Source: Candidatus Aminicenantes bacterium (lineage in GTDB: Bacteria > Acidobacteriota > Aminicenantia > Aminicenantales > JAFGBC01). From it: DNA of 64,000 nt. The notes beneath the pieces were generated by a model. It saw nothing but the letters and a program-made list of their open reading frames with translations. It was not told the origin of the DNA and did no database searches. Numbering within the stretch: the stretch's first letter is position 1; every line of letters starts with the position of its first letter. The translations under genes were made by a program, and so were the position numbers. The stretch covers positions 736,001 through 800,000 of the forward strand of contig OY969696.1 in NCBI GenBank assembly GCA_963702005.1. Reading direction: 5' to 3'. Shown here in pieces: positions 61,420 through 64,000 of this stretch.

Positions 61420-62242
61420 AGGCGCCTCCGATGAAGGCCTTGACGATTTCGCCGAGGCCGATGTCCTTGACGGATCCTTGGATCAAACGGCGATAATTGT
61501 CCTGGAAGGGAAAGACGAAATATTCCCTGCGGAATTCCGTCTCATTCTTGAAAAGGCAGGGGATGGCTTCGGGGAGCGGCGTCTCGGAGACGATTTTCTT
61601 CATGGACCGGACCAGGTTTTCGCTCTTTTCGTCGACGATGATCCGGCCGCCGTCCATGATGAGGGCGCGATCCGGGATCTGGGCCGTATCGGAGAAGGTG
61701 TGATTAATCATGATGACCGTCGTTCCGAAGGCGTCCATGCCCTCGATGACGGTTTCCAGGAATTTTTCGCGAAGGTAGGGATCAATGGCGTAGACAATCT
61801 CGTCGATGAGGAGGATGTCCGGCTTCTGGGCCTGAATAAGGGCCAGGTGGAACAGGGTCCTTTCGCCCACCGAAAGATCCCTGATCCGGCGGTCCAGGCC
61901 GAGGTCGAATCCCGGAACGAAGGCGAGCGAGGGTTCCGCGATATGAAAGACTTCTCGGTGGAAACGCCAGGCCTCTCCGATGGTCCACCGTTCGTAGAGG
62001 CTGAGCCGGTCCGAGATGAAGCCGATTTTGTCTTTCTTGATTCCCGTCCCGTTGAGGACGCGGCCCCGGTCCGGGAGGATGACGCCCGCCAAGCACTTGA
62101 GGAAGGTGGTTTTCCCAGCCCCGTTGCTTCCGGCGATGACGACCGATTCGCCCTTGCGGAAGCCGATGTCGATGCCGTCGAGGACGGTTTTTCCTTCGAT
62201 CTTGACCATTAAGCCGCGAGTTTCGATCGCCATGTCACTCAT
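61397..62242 (-). CDS. ABC ATPase (YtrB-like)
   Basis: GSNGAGKTT, LSVGER, LLIDE. Confidence 0.87.
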   Translation of the reverse strand: MSDMAIETRGLMVKIEGKTVLDGIDIGFRKGESVVIAGSNGAGKTTFLKCLAGVILPDRGRVLNGTGIKKDKIGFISDRLSLYERWTIGEAWRFHREVFHIAEPSLAFVPGFDLGLDRRIRDLSVGERTLFHLALIQAQKPDILLIDEIVYAIDPYLREKFLETVIEGMDAFGTTVIMINHTFSDTAQIPDRALIMDGGRIIVDEKSENLVRSMKKIVSETPLPEAIPCLFKNETEFRREYFVFPFQDNYRRLIQGSVKDIGLGEIVKAFIGGAYVQKRAH

Positions 62243-62609
62243 GCCTCGTCATCCTTTCCATGGAGTTCCGGATATCTTCGAGGGTCGCGCCCAAGGAGAA
62301 CGCCCTGTCGAGGAACTCCTTGACCTCGCCGTCAAGCATGCTCCGGCGAAGACCGTCGAGGCCCGAGGCCCTTTGGGTCACCCGGTATCCGCTTCCCTGC
62401 CGTCCTTCGATGAAGCCCTCCTCGCTCAAAGTGTAATAGGACTTTGCGACAGTGTTGGGATTCAATTTAAGGATTTTGGCTAAATCCCGGATCGGGGGGA
62501 GGCGGTCGCAGGGTTTGAGCCGACCGGCCAAGATTTCAATTTTCAGCCCTCTAATAACCTGTTGATACGCTGGCAGTGGCGAATCGATTTCGATACCAAG
62601 CCTTAACAC
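62235..62609 (-). CDS. GntR family regulator, YtrA subfamily
   Basis: PAYQQ, LPPIRDLA, NPNTVAKSY, short C-terminal helix. Confidence 0.9.
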   Translation of the reverse strand: MLRLGIEIDSPLPAYQQVIRGLKIEILAGRLKPCDRLPPIRDLAKILKLNPNTVAKSYYTLSEEGFIEGRQGSGYRVTQRASGLDGLRRSMLDGEVKEFLDRAFSLGATLEDIRNSMERMTRHE

Positions 62610-62629
62610 TGGATTGTCTCCTGATAAAG

Positions 62630-62649
62630 TGTATTATTTATATAATACA
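62630..62649. promoter_or_regulatory. YtrA-type operator overlapping the promoter
   Basis: Palindrome TGTATTAT-ttat-ATAATACA; minus-strand TTGACA at 62662-62667. Confidence 0.8.
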
Positions 62650-62661
62650 ATTATTTGGCAT

Positions 62662-62759
62662 TGTCAAGCCCCCATTCTCGGGATTGAATGCCTGTACTCA
62701 TGAACCGGAAACGGTTCAGGAGCATGAAAGGCAGGCTTGGCATCGGCGAACGGGTCAAG
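62662..62759. repeat. Copy of dispersed palindromic element
   Basis: Reverse complement TTGACCCGTTCGCCGATG-CCAAGCCTGCCTT..GAACCGTTTCCGGTTCATGAGTACAGGCATTCA. Confidence 0.72.
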
Positions 62760-62798
62760 TGCCGGCGGACCCGTCCGCGAAGGAGTGGGGAGGCGGGG

Positions 62799-63575
62799 TC
62801 AGCTGAATTTCAGGTCGCTGGTCTTGCGGAGGGATTCCTTGGCCGCCTTCTTGACGTATGGGTTTTTATCGTCGGCCAGCTTGACGAGAAGGCAGAGGCT
62901 GTCCTTGCCTCCGATTTCGCCCAGGGCCTCGGCCGCCGAGCGGCGGACATCGACATTGGGGTCCGTCGCGGCCTGGGCCAGGGGCTTCAAAAACAGGGGG
63001 TTCTTGCGGAGTCCCATGATTTTTATGACGGCGCTCTTCCCGTACCAGGGGCCGCAGGCCAGACGCTGGAGGAGAAGCCGTTGGTTCAGGACATCGCGTC
63101 GGGCGAGTTCCTTGGTTAGGTAGTCCCGGACGTGCTCGGAGGGATCGGCTAGGGTCTCGATCAAGACGGCCTGGGTCCAGGGGGCTTTCAGGCCGGCGAC
63201 CGCTTTGAGGATCTTCAGCCGCCGCTCCCAATCCTCCGTCGCCGCCAGCTTCTTGATGAACGCCCGCGAGACGGGGCTGGTCCGCTTGTGGAGGACTTCG
63301 ATCTCCTTGAGGGCGCGGGCCGAGGCCTTGACCACGGCCTGATTCCGGTCGCTGAGGAAGCCCTGGAAAAGATCGGGGTCTTCGTAGCAATAGGTCTTGA
63401 GAAGCTTGAGGGCCGCCGTCCGGACCAAGGGCGAGGATTGGACGTCCTGGAGCACGGTCAAGAGGGCTCGCGTCCGCTCCGCGGCGGGAAGCTCCTGGAT
63501 GAGGCCGGGGAGGGCCTTGGCCCTGGCCCGGAGGCCGAGCAACCGAAAGCCTTCGAGGAATTCCTGAAGCGTCAT
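62799..63575 (-). CDS. HEAT repeat protein
   Basis: DPNVDVRRSAAEALGEIG, DKNPYVKKAA repeats. Confidence 0.85.
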   Translation of the reverse strand: MTLQEFLEGFRLLGLRARAKALPGLIQELPAAERTRALLTVLQDVQSSPLVRTAALKLLKTYCYEDPDLFQGFLSDRNQAVVKASARALKEIEVLHKRTSPVSRAFIKKLAATEDWERRLKILKAVAGLKAPWTQAVLIETLADPSEHVRDYLTKELARRDVLNQRLLLQRLACGPWYGKSAVIKIMGLRKNPLFLKPLAQAATDPNVDVRRSAAEALGEIGGKDSLCLLVKLADDKNPYVKKAAKESLRKTSDLKFS

Positions 63576-63603
63576 GCCGTCCCGACGGGGATCGGGTCCT
63601 CCC

Positions 63604-64000
63604 TCAGACCATATCCAGGATGTGGCCCATCTTCTCCTTTTTGGCCTTTAAATATCTCAGGTTGGCCTGGTTGGGCTCGATTTCGAGCGGGACTCGCTCG
63701 GTGATCTCGAGGCCGTAGCCGGCCAGGCCGATGAACTTCCTGGGGTTGTTCGTGATCAGGCGGAGCTTTTTGACGCCCAGGGCGACCAGGATCTGGGCGC
63801 CGATTCCATAGTCCCTCTGATCGGGCTTGAATCCGAGCCGGCAGTTGGCCTCGACCGTGTCCGCCCCTTCCTGGTCCTGGAGGGCGTAAGCCCGGATTTT
63901 ATTCATGAGACCGATCCCCCGGCCCTCATGGTTCAGGATGTAAAGGATGACGCCCCTCCCTTCCTTCTCGATCATGGCCATGGACTCGCGGAGCTGATCG
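63604..64000 (-). CDS. ribA: GTP cyclohydrolase II (RibA or RibBA C-terminal part; 5' truncated by window)
   Basis: [44 protein letters not shown]. Confidence 0.93.
   Translation of the reverse strand, partial: DQLRESMAMIEKEGRGVILYILNHEGRGIGLMNKIRAYALQDQEGADTVEANCRLGFKPDQRDYGIGAQILVALGVKKLRLITNNPRKFIGLAGYGLEITERVPLEIEPNQANLRYLKAKKEKMGHILDMV

Noticed and set aside
1-64000. Genome-wide UGA reassignment (code 4 or 25)
   Set aside because: Many ordinary genes (pilR, gmhA, rph, lpxK, holA) end in TGA at their expected C-termini and Trp is encoded by TGG, so recoding is site-specific.

Overview
GC-rich bacterial chromosomal segment from a diderm organism (lpxK, lpxL-like, lptE; the VWA and beta-propeller repertoire suggests an Acidobacteriota/Aminicenantes-like lineage, which is inference). 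Housekeeping and envelope genes occupy both flanks: pilS-pilR-pilin, plsC, gmhA, aspC fusion, flotillin, rph, comEC, btuFCD-like ABC, leuS-lptE-holA, rpsT, dtd, YtrA-type ABC and ribA. They surround a ~27 kb selenium-centred locus at 20.1-46.8 kb. Main discovery: six paralogous, signal-peptide-bearing Asp-box (BNR) beta-propeller genes that the ORF track splits in two are each a single reading frame interrupted by one in-frame Gly-TGA. In every case a 20-nt hairpin follows 11 or 14 nt later (CGUCUACA-GGUC-UGUAGACG, with the same CAGGUCUG apex as the E. coli fdhF SECIS). It shows a compensatory base-pair change in one copy and a variant apex in another. The genes flank a complete selA-selD-selB-selC operon and a set of extracytoplasmic thiol-redox genes (stand-alone DsbD-alpha, three TlpA thioredoxins, a CXXC mini-protein, a membrane 4Fe-4S protein). 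This points to an apparently undescribed family of exported beta-propeller selenoproteins with a possible dedicated reduction relay. Three single-base frameshifts, including one in selB, look like sequencing errors.
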